64,000 nucleotides of DNA, taken from positions 57,602 to 121,601 of the forward strand of contig NIVC01003064.1 in assembly GCA_002269645.1 (NCBI GenBank). The letters run 5' to 3'. Positions within the stretch are counted from its first letter, which is position 1. The number at the start of each line of letters is the position of its first letter. Origin of the DNA: Macrostomum lignano (lineage: Eukaryota). The position numbers were made by a program, and so were the translations under genes. The notes below the pieces were generated by a model. It worked only from the letters and a program-made list of their open reading frames with translations, was not told where the DNA came from and did not search any database. Shown in pieces: positions 1-12,583 of the stretch.

Positions 1-1
1 C

Positions 2-1389
2 AAGAAAAGCAAAGCGTGTATCTCTGCTCTGCTTCCGGGCCTGATGCACGCTGCAATCGTTGGCCTCGTAATGAGGCTGTCCAAAATCACGGACTTTGAA
101 GGCAAAAGAGGACCAGGCCAAGTGTTTTCCTTTATCCTCTGTGACGACACCGGCGATATACGTGTAAGCGTGTTCGGAAAGGATCTTAAGCCTTTCCTGG
201 AGGTGTGTCGTGAGGGCGTCGCCGTCCGCATATCCGGCGGCTGGGTGAAGAAGGCGGATCCCAAATACAGCACTACGGACAATGAGCACGAGCTAACAGT
301 TTCAATTGACCAACGTGGAACCATTGTGAGGACCCTCGAGACCGTCACTCGACGTGCACCAAGCTATAAGAAGATAAAAGAGATTTCGGACTGTGAAATG
401 AAAATGTAAGTTAACTTGTTGCAATTGTTAAAAATAAAATGGAAAGGATTTGGAATATATATTCCCACTAAATGTTAGGTTAGCCAATTATTTCTAGGGA
501 AACTTATTTAAATCAGTCAGTGAAGTTGCTTAGTGAATGAGTTAATGCATTCTTGTAAGTTCACCCTTTGCCTCACATATCTCAGGAATGTTAACGTCTA
601 TGGCACGATTTCTGCTGTCCAGAAACCAACGGAAGTTAAAACCGGTTCCGGAAAACTCATCAACCTGGCGAAAGTGACGCTTGTTGATCAGTCTGGGTCC
701 TCCGTGTCGTGCACATTTTGGGCCAGCTCTACTGCCCAAGTGAATGACTGGTCTGTGGGCGACGTTCTAGCGATTCATGGTGCTCAAGTCCAGGAATATT
801 CCCAGACAATCAGTCTCGGATGTTCGAAAGCGGAAATTCAGCATTGGCCAGAAGACTCTGCTGATGTCTCCGACATTACCCAGTGGTACAAGGATGCGCT
901 TTCTAGCCAACAGTGCTTCGAGGAGCTACGGGTGACGCAAAGCTCCCAGCGGGAGAAATATGCTAACCGTGACGACGAAATGGTATTACAGTACCCAGAG
1001 CGAATGTTCGACCAATTCGATGAGGTGCGAAGAATTAAAGTGCGATTTGGGGACAAAGAGGTAAGTTGATTTTACGAGTATTACGTGTGGGTTAAATAGA
1101 AATATGGTGTCAGAGAACGTACTAAAGAAGCAATAAGTGATTGACTGCTTAGATTCATTATTAACTTGTTCAATGAGGCCTCTTATCTCTAAAGATTAGG
1201 TTTATTCATTCATTCAAGAGTAATATGAATATAAAAAATTGATTAAATTCATATATAAATTTCATTTCACAGGTGACATTTTCCCGAGATCATATCAACA
1301 GAAGTCAGCAGATCCCCGCTATGTCAACCCCTAAGGCTCCCAATGTGTCCGAGAAGCCTGGGCCATCACATGATTTCATGGACGAGTAG
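2..1389 (+). CDS. RPA70/RPA1-like ssDNA-binding protein with two OB folds (DBD-A and DBD-B like); 5'-partial, spliced; lacks the C-terminal Zn-finger DBD-C
   Basis: Frame is open from base 2. Exons <2-405, 586-1060 and 1273-1389 are joined by phase-consistent GT-AG introns (AT|GTAAGT..CTCAG|G; GAG|GTAAGT..CACAG|GTG); stop TAG at 1387-1389. GQVFSFILCDDTGDIRVSVF...KKADPKYSTTDNEHELT resembles RPA70 DBD-A ([20 protein letters not shown]...NKQFTAVKNDYEMT). VTLVDQSGSSVSCTFW resembles DBD-B (IYLMDTSGKVVTATLW). Confidence 0.8.
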
Positions 1390-1589
1390 GACTTGAAAGA
1401 CTAATAAAGATGCAATTAACGTGAGTAATGCTTGAGTGCATTTTTGTCTGCCAGTAGCGCATCTGAGTTCGATAGCCATCTCAAGTAGTTTAACCTGATA
1501 TGTATAATACGGCCCGATGAGACGTATCAGGTAAATCCTGCTTTATTCACCTAATAAATTAAAATTAGATGGGATCATAATGGAATTGG

Positions 1590-3130
1590 GATCAGTGATT
1601 AGCTAAGCAAAATGATTAGCTAAATTGTGTTCATTGCATAACAGAACTGAGATCATTGCTTAGCGAAATTGGGTTCATTGCATAACAGAACTGAGATCAT
1701 TGCTTAGTTAAATTGGGTTTATGGCATTACAGAACTGAGATTCAAGGGGGTTGTAGCCTAGTGGTTAGGGCGTCGGACTCACGACTTGAAGGTCGGGGGT
1801 TCGATTCCCGATCCCTCTGCAACAATTTGTGTCCTTGAGCAAGACACTTAACTCTGCGTTGCTTCAGTTTACCCAGCTGTAAAATGGGTACCAGCATTAG
1901 CTGGGGTAATTGAGGGTGTGTGTGGCGACCCCCCAGTCCTTGGACTGAACAGCTGTACGCAGCCTTCAGATGCGCCGCGCAATAGCTGCGGCTGAGCTGT
2001 CGGTTGCACATCTGCCCATTGGGCAGGTGTAATCAATTATTATTATTATTAGAACTGAGAGCATTGCTTAGCTAAATTGGGTTCATTGCTTGTTCATTGG
2101 GTTCACAGAATCTCTTAGATCCCAATCCTAAATTCACAGAATCTCTTAGATCCCAATCCTAAATTCACAGAATCTCTTAGATCCCAATCCTAAATTCATA
2201 GAATCTCTTAGATCCCAATGCTAAATTCTTAGAATCTCTTAGATCCCAATCCTAAATTCACAGAATCTCTTAGATCCCAATGCTAAATTCACAGAATCTA
2301 TTAGATTCCAATCCTAAATTCATAGAATCTCTTAAATCCCAATCTTAAATTCATAGAATCTCTTAGATCCCAATCCTAAATTCATAGAATCTCTTAGATC
2401 CCAATCCTAAATTCACAGAATCTTATATATCAATCCTAAATCATTGCTTAGCTAAATTGTGTTTGTGGCATAACAGAAGTGAGATCATTGCTTAGCTAAA
2501 TTGTGTTTGTGGCATAACAGAAGTGAGATCATTGCTTAGCCTAATTGGGTTCATTGCATAACAGAACTAAGATCATTGCTTAGCGTAATTGGGATCATTT
2601 GGCATAACTAAGTTGGGATCCTTGCATACTAAATTGGGATCATAGCAAACCAGAATTGGAATTATCGCATAATGAAATTGGGCTCATGGCATGATACGAA
2701 TGGGATCATTGAAGAATGGAAAATTGGATTCATAGTTTACCAGAATTATGATTAGTAAGAGGGGCGTCCGTAAGGTAATGAAAATTTTCTGCTACGAGTT
2801 GGGATCAAGGCAAACCAGAATAGGATCGAATTGGGTTCCCAATAGCCAATTGGGTTCCCAACCCAATAGCTAAATTGTGTTTGTGGCATAACAGAAGTGA
2901 GATCATTGCTTAGCTAAATTGTGTTTGTGGCATAACAGAAGTGAGATCATTGCTTAGCCTAATTGGGTTCATTGCATAACAGAACTAAGATCATTGCTTA
3001 GCGTAATTGGGATCATTTGGCATAACTAAAATGGGATTATTGCATAACTAAATTGAGATCCTTTCATAACTAGATTGAGATCATTGCATAACTAGATTGG
3101 GATCAAGGCAAACCAGAATAGGATCGGATA
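1590..3130. repeat. Degenerate minisatellite block: ~44-bp units plus a 31-bp array at ~2105-2425
   Basis: Units AGAACTGAGATCATTGCTTAGCTAAATTGGGTTCATTGCATAAC and CACAGAATCTCTTAGATCCCAATCCTAAATT. The segment ~2450-2600 recurs at ~2870-3020. The SINE interrupts this block. Confidence 0.85.
1741..2050 (+). mobile_element. tRNA-derived SINE with CORE/MIR-like central domain
   Basis: Pol III A box TAGCCTAGTGG 1754-1764 and B box GGTTCGATTCC 1798-1808. CORE-like TGTGTCCTTGAGCAAGACACTTAAC...CAGCTGTAAAATGGG about 1828-1890. (ATT)n tail 2036-2050. Flanked by direct repeat AGAACTGAGA at 1731-1740 and 2051-2060. Confidence 0.85.
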
Positions 3131-4909
3131 CAATCGGATCCCAATTTAGTTGTGCCATGAAAGTTAATAAGTAATAGTGAAATTAATGTAGGTAAATATT
3201 AGGTGAATATATAGCAGGTTGGCTGCATATCAATGGGCCTTGAGATTGTGGTTGAAATAACGTGTTCGCTGCTTTTTCACGATTCAGAGGTTCTTCCACT
3301 CTAAAACTGAGGGTATGCAGCCATGAGAGAGAGGTTTGAAGCAGCTTCAGCAAACCTAGAGACTTGTGATAGCTAAGCTTTTTGTGTGACGTTGAGTGCG
3401 TGAACTTAACTTGCCCCAGTGAATGCCTCTGACCAGCAGTGCAGAGTAAAGCAAGCCAACAAGCAGTAGGATTGACACCATTATTCTTGCAGTCAAATGC
3501 AATGAACTGTGCAATGATACTGTCTTGTTGGCGGAGCCTTCTGCAAGTGCATCATGTTTACTGTTTGTGGGTAATATTTTTAGGTGCAATGCAATTTTTT
3601 CTTTTTTCATTGAACTGAATCCCATTACTGTCCCATTACTGTCGTTTTCTGACATTACTCAGTAGTCACAACTTGTTTCTGTCGAAAAAATAATTTAACA
3701 AACGAAAGAGGAAAATCGCTGAATTCTCTACATTTGGAGTTTGTTTTCTTATAATGTCATAATGATGTGTATTTGTATAATAATAATTTTGCCAGATGCT
3801 CACTCAATTGTTGTTGTTTTGTTGTTTTCAATGTGTTTTGCAATTGAAGAAATACAAAAAATGTTTCAGTGGACAAAGACCAGTCCCATGATTCATGAAT
3901 CTGCACACCTGGTACCTGCCTTATTCTATTTTAAAAGATAAATTGTCAGGCATGCATTTGTAATGAAGAATGATACAAAATGGATTACTAAGAAAAGAGG
4001 TCAGATGAGAAATAGGATCTGATCAGAACTGGAATCATTAAGAAAAAGAAAGGATATTAGAAATTGATCCATTGATATTTAATTAGCCATTGATATGAGC
4101 TAACCATTTTGAACTATCAAAATGGATCTAATTTGAAATAGACTTTTATGTCATATAGGATTTGATTCAAAATAAGATTTGACAATGTGAATGAGGCATA
4201 TAAGAAAAGAGAAGTCTGCTGAGGAGTGTGACTAGAAAAGAAAGGGGGAATTTAGCATGATAATATATATCATATATCATGCCTATATATAGCCAATGTT
4301 AGCTTTATTAAAAGTGTCAAACCAAAGGTCGAAGGATGTAGCTCCAGTTGCTTTTGCAAAGTCCATTCACAATGAGATAGCTGCATTGAACTGACTCTTT
4401 AAGTCATTTATTATAATAAGAGGGGCCTCATTCAAGGGCAATAGTTGCAATGCTGAGCTACTTATTGTTCGGAACATTGCAGTCGCAGTTAGTACGATGA
4501 GCAGGGCTAAGAAATTCACTTACAAATGAAGAAAGTAAAAAATTTCTCGGGATGTGTATAAAACTGTAGTACACATGAGCAATACAAGCAACAAGAAAAT
4601 CGGAATAAAGCAAGTCATTTCTCGGAAAGTCGCAATTTCTTGGAATATTATTTAATTTATTTTCAGTAACAACTAAAAAAGTGATCTCAACAGTTTTATA
4701 AACTAAATAAATAAAATAATTTTTATCAAACACGTTGACATATACAGGGCTCTAAACTAAAAAACTGTAAAAAGTTGATAGTTTTGTTTTACCTAAAATG
4801 CGTTATTAACGATCTCCAAAAATTCCTATTTTAAGCTTAAGCTTAAGAAAGACACTTAAAGTACTCCTGCTAAAAGGTATATTATATTAGACGAATATTA
4901 ATTATTTCT

Positions 4910-4941
4910 GCTCCCCGAAGGGGGGCAAAACTTTAGCTAGT
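4910..4941 (+). mobile_element. Helitron-type 3' terminus (hairpin, spacer, CTAG|T)
   Basis: GCTCCCC-GAA-GGGGGGC forms a 7-bp stem with one G-T pair at 4910-4926, then a 10-nt spacer, CTAG at 4937-4940 and T at 4941. This matches the established Helitron 3' signature. The 5' TC end was not identified. Confidence 0.6.
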
Positions 4942-7900
4942 TATTAATTCTGTTTGTGGACGCGATCATTGAGCTCTTGACAATCCTTGGTATCAGTTGC
5001 AGGCGGATTTGTGTAGTGTCTTGATCGGTAGATAAAGTGAAACTTTTTTATATTTACTGTAAATTTATTCAATGTATGTATAGTCACCAGGTCTATTAAT
5101 GTAAAGCCAAATTACTATTTTTATAGGGGCCTAGTTAGTCATTGTTTGAATTGGAATAGAATATATTTCATTAATATTATGGTTAATATTAAGTTATTAG
5201 CTATGATCAATGACAATAACAAGGACCATTAGAAGTTACCACTGACATCGGCCTATCATTATTCTATGCTTCAAAACTTATAAATATAATGTATGATGGC
5301 AGAAAGCTATTGTATTAGTAGTAGTAGTAGTAGTAGTGGTAGTAATAGTATAATTATGGCCAAAATGTTTTATCATAGACAAACTCACTGACTAAAAGCT
5401 AAAACCTATCTAAGTAATGCTTTTTGAGAGTACCAGTCATTTCAATGACAAGTTGTTTTAGTGATAGATGTTTCAATGGCAAAAATCATTTTGGCATGAT
5501 TTTGCCATGCTTTTCTCTTTGACTTTGACACTTTGTGATAGACACACTTCATTTTTGATGGAAAATTAAATATTTCATAAGTATAATCATTTTAGTGATA
5601 AGAGGCACTTTATAATATTAGTGTGTAATTATTTTGTGAAGATTTATATTTTATACATATATTTATAAATTTCTATCAAAATATTAATATATTTAAAAAA
5701 AGAAATCAAACTAATTATATTGTTTTCTTTTGTGCAAATTGTTTTGAATTGTTCTAAATATTCAGAATATTCAAACATATACATATGCAACCCTGATTTA
5801 TACTGATTATATGACTAACTTTTTGACCAAAAATGTGATTTACCTATGAACGAAATGCTAATAAAAATTAATGCAATTTGGATAAATGGCAGAAATACTG
5901 CCTTATTAAGGCTAAATACCCCATCATATAATTAGTACTACTTAGGAGGTTCAACCCCTAGCTTTTTATAGGAAGTCACTGGAGACCTGGTTTAAGCAGC
6001 TAGAATCACAATTTACCCTATTGGAATAAGTTGACAAAATGCGGACAACTGTCTGTCGCATTTTTGGATTCTCCTGCTGTCGCGTTGCGTGACAGTGGTG
6101 TCAAGTGGTGTGTCACGTCGCGCGACACTGGAAACCTGGTGTCGTCATGCGTCGTGTCGCGTGACACGACACAACGAGACGCGTAAGTGTGGCAACTTGG
6201 CGGCTAGTGTCATCATGTGTTGCATTGCGGCCTAGATCTGCATCCAAAACCTCGCAAACTGTGTTTCATTGTAATATGTTCACAGTTGTTTCTCGGTATT
6301 TAAATGTTTCAAACATGTTTGATAAAAACTAATTCTTGAATTGTTCTTTTTTATTTTGACTGTAAAATAACTAATACTTTAAATATAATTTCTAGAAAGG
6401 TTACTTGTTAGTTACAATGCATGCGCTGTTTTTCTAACTGTTGTACCTTTGTTGTTTTACTGTTTATTGTTTTTAAATTTCATTTCTTTTTCCGCAAAAT
6501 TGAAAGGAATACTCTTGTCCCTCGCTCCATGGTCTTGGTGTCGGGAGTGAACAGCAGAACAAGAATTGTCAATTGCAACGTGGCTGCTGTGCCGTCTTTC
6601 CCCCCCCCCCCCCCCTAGTCATTCGGTCAACAGACATCGGTGTTGCGTCGCGCATCGCTGCCCCAGTCAACAAAATTTGGTGTCGCGTCGCACTTTTGAG
6701 GGTACAATTTTGGCACCTGTGTCGCGCATCTGCAGGTTTTTGAAACTTATTCCAATAGGGACAATTCAGACTCGCCAACCTCACTAGCAGCTCCACCAAG
6801 TACCATTATGCCTTAGCAACCCTCCCAAAGGACATCACATGCTAACTCAACCTCAATGGCAACAACTACAATGCATTGAAGAAGGTGGTGGGCAATAGCC
6901 TGCACTTTGCGCACTAATTGGCATCAGCTAATCAAGGAAGCCCTTTCTGCCATGGAACTTGGCCCTCGGAGACCAAGCCAACTTGTCAATGAGAAAATGC
7001 CAATTTACTGAGGTCAGCCTGAAGGTTGACGATGCCATAGTCAAGTCATGCCTCATCTCTGTGTTGCCGCCCCACATTTGCTCCGCACTCATTGGACATG
7101 AGCACAGCCTACTAGATAATTTTCCAAGATTGTGGACAGCATGCTCGCTGTCTCTAGTCGACCCTCACTATTTGCTGACATCAATCAGTTGTCCACTGCT
7201 GCTAATGCAGAGCAGCAACTGGCCTGGCATCTCTCCTGGCGACCTGACCCTCCGGCTCACAATGCCCAGCCTCACAGATGGCAGTGACCACTTGTCTGTA
7301 ATTCACATATCTACTATGCTGGCAGAGCTCTAACTTGCCGACCCTGGTGCAAGTGGCCAGGTTTAAAGCCATCGAACATACTCCACCAAGGTCAGCCAAT
7401 ACCTGCCCAGTCTCGCATGGCTTTGCCAACCCCAAATGAGTGAGTCATGTGCAGTGGCCGGGCCATGACAACGTACAGGCCCGCACACCTATCATTCCCA
7501 CTCAAATACTAAGTTCCTCTGTTTTATTCCTTGTTGACACCAGTGCGGAAAAATCCTTACTGCCTCTGTGTTTCGTCCCATTTAACCTCATCACCCCCTG
7601 TAACGTTCAACTTTGTGGGGTCAGTGGACACAAGGCTGCACCCATGGGCAATGCAACGCTTCATTTTTGTTAAAAGGTTTACGCCGCACCTTTCAATTCA
7701 ACTTCATCGTCGCAGACACAGCCCCCATTCTCGGATTGGATTTTTTATTTCATTATGGACTGTCCATCAACATGGGAGCCAAGTGCCTTCGAGATCCCCT
7801 GACTTCGCTGGTTGCGCCGCTCAATTTCGATGCCAAGCAAGAGTTTCGACCACTGTCAATCCACATTGTATCAGACGTTGACGGTAGTGCAATTTTCGGC

Positions 7901-7953
7901 AAATATCCTGGGCTGACCGAGCTCTGGATTACTCAATCCTGCCAACTACTCCG

Positions 7954-10460
7954 GTGCAGCATCGCATCATCACGTCAGGCGAACCAGTCTACTGCAAGCC
8001 GCGCCCTCTCTCGCCTGCAAAGTTCGATGTGGCCAAGGCAGAATTTGACAAGCTCCTTCAGATGGGCATTGTCCGCCCGTCCTGCAGCCCTTGGGCGTCA
8101 CCACTCCATATGGTCAAGAAGGCTGACGGATCATGGAGACTCTGTGGGGACTACCGCGCTTTGAACAGCATGACGGTGCCCGATAGGTGCCCGATAAAAC
8201 CCACTCCGCATATCCGGCATTTTCACCACCAACTTCGTGGCAGCAGCGTGTTCAGCAAATTGGACTTGGTCAAGGCCTACCATTTCATACCAGTTGCCGA
8301 GGAGGATATTTCCAAAACAGCAATCTGCACGCCATTCGGCTCTTTTGAATACGTCCGGATGCCATTCGGGTTGCGCAACGCCGGCAGCACATTTCAACGC
8401 TTCATCGATTCGCTGTTTCGAAACCTGTCCTGTGGCATCACATACGTTGACGATATACTGATTCAAAGCAAGTCAGAGGCAGACCATCACAACGACATTC
8501 AGATCGTGCTGCAACGCCTACATAAAGAGGGGCTCCGAGTTCAACCCGCAAAATGCCAGTTCTTTCAGAGTAGCATCGAATTTCTCGGTCATTTAGTCTC
8601 CAAAGACAGAGTCCAGCCACTACCATTCCGCGTGGAAGCGCTGCGACAGCTGTCACCTCCAGCAGACTTCAAGAGCCTTCAGCGCGTTCTCGGCATGTTC
8701 GGTTTCTACCTGTGCCACATTCCGAAATACGCAAGCAATGTGCAACCGCTGCGATCGCTCACCGAAATCGATTATCATTGGCAATCTGAACATGACGCCG
8801 CCTTCCGAGAGCTCCAGGATAGCCTAGCGGCAGCGGTGACTCTCGCCTTCCCGACCCCAACTGGTTCATTCACCATCACGTCGGATGCCAGCTCGTTCAC
8901 ATTGGGCGCCAGTTTGCACCAGAATATAGACGGCGATTCGGTCCCCATTGCGTTCTATTCACGGAAACTCACCAAAGCGTAAACGGCATACAGTACAGCG
9001 CGTTCGACCGTGAACTTCTAGGCGTGTTCGCTGCCGTCAAAACATGGCGACACATCATTCACGGCCACCCCACGACCGTGTTTAGCGACCACAAGCCGTT
9101 AGTCGGTGCATTCAACAGCAATAAGGAGCGCCTATCCGATCGGCAGCAGCGCCAGTTGGCCACCATCTCAGAATATGTGATCGACATCATTTACATCCCG
9201 GGAGCCAAGAACGTGGTCGCCGATACCTTAACTCGTGACACCGTCAAACCTGGCAAGCACACAGTGAACACTGTCCAATCAGAAGACGTGTACACATTGC
9301 ATTTGCCCGCAGATCTCCCTGCGATCGCCAAGGCACAGCGAGAAGCAGGGCTCACGAGCGGTGACCGTTACCGCCCATTCGATGTCGGATTATTAGATTG
9401 TCCCCTGTACTGCGAAACTTCGCAACCAAACCCGCGACCGCTCATACCAGAGCACATGCGCCGTCAGGTTGTGCTAGCACTGCACAACATCGCCCACCCA
9501 GGTGTGAAGGCCACGTAGCGTTTAGTCGCCCATCGTTTTTTCTGGCCATGCATGAAGTCAGACATACAGCGCTGGACGGCAGAATGCACACAATGTCAAT
9601 CAGCAAAAATTGGTCGTCATGTTTGCCGTCCACTGCACCACCTGCCTGCACCTACACAGCGGTTCACAACGGTCTGCATGGATTTAGTCGGACCGCTCCC
9701 GGCGCCGGACCCAACCGAAACAGCTGTACCCCAGCCGCGATATTTACTAACCATCGTGGACTCGTACTCCCGCTGGGTCGAAGCAATCCCATTGCAATCG
9801 ATCACCAGTACGGTTGTTGCACAAGCCTTCGTTGCCCACTGGGTTTGTCGATTTGGCCCACCGTTAACACTCATCACAGACCAAGGAGCTCAATTTCGCT
9901 CGGAATTAATGGCAAACCTGGTGAAACTTCTCGGCGTCCATCACATCCGCACGGCCGCATATAATCCTAAGGCCAACGGCATGATCGAGCGAGTTCATCG
10001 CACACTGAAGGTGAGCCTCAGAGCTCGCGGCCGGTGCTGGCTTAACCAGCTGTCCATCGATTTATTCGGATTGCTCATTAACCCGGACGACCAGAGTCAC
10101 TCGCCATTCTCAATCGTCACAGGAGAACAGCCGCTAGTTCCACCGGTTACAACTAATGACGTCGACCAGCGTCAGCTGTCGACTCAACTACACGACCTGT
10201 TTTTCCCGTACCGCCTGCCGCGGACCCGTCAGCAGCCTGTCCACATACCTCCGGAGCTGGAGTCCTGCGAGTTCATGTGGCTCCGAGTTGACAGTGTTAA
10301 GCAATACTCGAGGCGCCATATCAAGGACCCTACAAGGTGTTGCGACGCTCAGCAACCACCGTGACGCTCGTCATAAAAGGCAAGCCCCAGGCCGTTTCTA
10401 TCGAGAGAGTGAAGCCGGCAGTGCTACCAGGAGACAGTCAGCGCCAGACCCGAGCAATGA
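7954..10460 (+). pseudogene. Gypsy pol (RT-RNaseH-integrase), disrupted
   Basis: Split across ORFs 7954-8982, 9024-9518, 9552-10364 and 10337-10537. Frameshift near 8980-9020, in-frame TAG at 9516-9518 inside the HHCC domain, frameshift near 10300 before the GPY/F module. Confidence 0.9.
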
Positions 10461-10689
10461 CGAAAGAGGCACGGCCGGATAAGCCAACGACTAATACCCC
10501 TGCGACGAAACATCGTCCCGCGAAGGAAGCCCAATGAGTTCGTTTTTCCGAGAAGCCAACAGTTCACGTTATTGATTATTGATCAACAATCCCTTATCGA
10601 ACAATCAACTAACAAACAGAAATTAAATTAACTTTACTGATCGCCAAACATCGTTTATAGTTGTTCGCTTTTCCATTGGAGGAAGTGTT

Positions 10690-10905
10690 TGTAGTGCCTT
10701 GTTTCCCACTGTCCTTGCGTAATAAAAGTACTTTTTGTTGAGTGCCCACAAGCTAGGTTGTCTATGACCCAAACTCCAACTTTCGGTTTCAGCCCCAAAG
10801 TAACTGTACTTTATTTTTATTAAATAGACGCGATCGCCCCCAGCCGAGGTTTAACCTTCGCTCAACTTAATTAATCGTCTTCATCTTTTGGTAGCCAGCG
10901 CTACA
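10690..10905 (+). repeat. 3' LTR of the Gypsy element (216 bp)
   Basis: TGTAG...CTACA inverted termini, purine tract GGAGGAAG just upstream (~10678-10685), AATAAA at 10721. No second copy in the window. Confidence 0.7.
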
Positions 10906-11699
10906 CTACCTTTGTATTCCCTTGGGTAGGAATTTTGCAACTTATCCCTGATTACCACAATTTATAGTGGCTGAATTGGCAAGGTTGGCTAGCAGCTGCG
11001 CATGTATGTTTTGATGCAAACCATAAACCTATAGAGAACAGGAAATGCACGACCACAAGAAAAGCAGAGATATTCAATGGACATTGGATTTGGATCTGAA
11101 AACAATTTCAAAAGATTGCAACTCTGTATTTGTAAATAAACAAAATTAAGTAAAGCAATACTTAACTATTTCAGAAAGTTATAAAATTTTAAGTTGAATG
11201 AAAATATCCCTTAAGATTTGCAAGGTAATTTTCTATTTAAAAACAGAATGGCTATCACTAAAAAGGTATTTTTCTTGTTACCAAAATGACTTGCTTCACA
11301 CCAAAAGGACTGTCACCAAATGTCTTGTCACCAAAATGACTATAATCCAATTTTTTGGACAAAGTTATTAATGGATTAGCCTTCAAATTTTATAGTTTCT
11401 AATCCCAAATATTTAGTTAGTCTAACTTAAATTAGTTTTAATTCTAAATCTAATTCTTTTAATATTATTATTATATTTTAGATCCTATTTAAAGGATAAT
11501 AGAAAAAGGTTGATCATTTTTTTGAACAATATACATTATTTATATCAGAAGATTTAGGTTCGATGCGCATATATTTTAAAGCATTTTTTTATCTGCATTT
11601 ACTATGAAAAATAAATGCTTCTATTGCTTTTAAAGATACATTCTAATGAGGTTTTATTATCTAGATTGATATCCAATTTTGCTCTCTTGACCCTAGGTT

Positions 11700-12582
11700 G
11701 ATGTCCTTCAAAACATTTTTTGTTTTTTTTATCCAAGTTGATACTCTTGTAATCCAGGTTAGGTTGATGCTTCTGATATCCACTTTGATGCTTTTGACAT
11801 CCAGGTTGTTGCTTACTAACACCCCAATTTTGTTGCTTTTGACATCCAGGTTGATGCTCCTGACATCCAGGTTGTTGCTACTGACATCTACTTTGATGCT
11901 TTTGACATCCAGGTTGATGCTTCTGACATCCACTTTGATGCTTCTGACATCCACTTTGATGCTTTTGACATCTACTTTGATGCTTCTGACATCCACTTTG
12001 ATGCTTTTGACATCCAGGTTGTTGCTTACTGACACCCCAATTTTGTTGCTTTTGACATCCAGGTTGATGCTCCTGACATCCAGGTTGTTGCTACTGACAT
12101 CTACTTTGATGCTTTTGACATCCAGGTTGATGCTTCTGACATCCACTTTGATGCTTCTGACATCCACTTTGATGCTTTTGACATCTACTTTGATGCTTCT
12201 GATATCCACTTTGATGCTTTTGACATCCAGGTTGTTGCTTACTGACACCCCAATTTTGTTGCTTTTGACATCCAGGTTGATGCTCCTGACATCCAGGTTG
12301 TTGCTACTGATATCTACTTTGATGCTTTGACATCCAGGTTGATGCTTCTGACATCCACTTTGATGCTTCTGACATCCACTTTGATGCTTTTGACATCCAG
12401 GTTGATGCTTTTGACATCTACTTTGATGCTTCTGACATCCACTTTGATGCTTTTGACATCCAGGTTGATGCTTTTGACATCTACTTTGATGCTTCTGACA
12501 TCCACTTTGATGCTTTTGACATCCAGGTTGATGCTCCTGACATCCGGGTTGTTGCTTCTGACATCCAGGTTGATATTCCTGA
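11700..12582. repeat. 21-bp minisatellite with a 213-bp higher-order repeat
   Basis: Units ACATCCAGGTTGATGCTTCTG and ACATCCACTTTGATGCTTTTG. The marker ACCCCAATTTT recurs at 11821, 12034 and 12247 (period 213). Confidence 0.95.
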
Positions 12583-12583
12583 T

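Larger units (their letters stand above)
6762..10905 (+). mobile_element. Ty3/Gypsy LTR retrotransposon, CsRn1-like; 5'-truncated and decayed
   Basis: Domain order gag-PR-RT-RH-IN. Gag remnant QFRLANLTSSSTKYHYALATLP from 6762, with a C-x2-H-x9-C-x3-C motif at 7297-7350. Protease LVDTSAEKS and PILGLDFL. RT motifs [31 protein letters not shown]. RNase H ITSDASS and DHKPL. Integrase HHCC, D-D-E (MDLVG, TDQGAQF, GMIER) and GPY/F (APYQGPYKV). Several stops and frameshifts. No 5' LTR or primer binding site seen. Confidence 0.95.

Noticed and set aside
1746-1820. Possible tRNA gene
   Set aside because: The tRNA-like head continues into a CORE domain and tail with a TSD, so it is a SINE head and not a complete cloverleaf gene.
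3250-4733. Short AT-rich ORFs (3356-3655, 3741-3941, 4458-4733) as captured gene fragments
   Set aside because: No recognisable motifs, stops in all extended frames, and no convincing splice structure.
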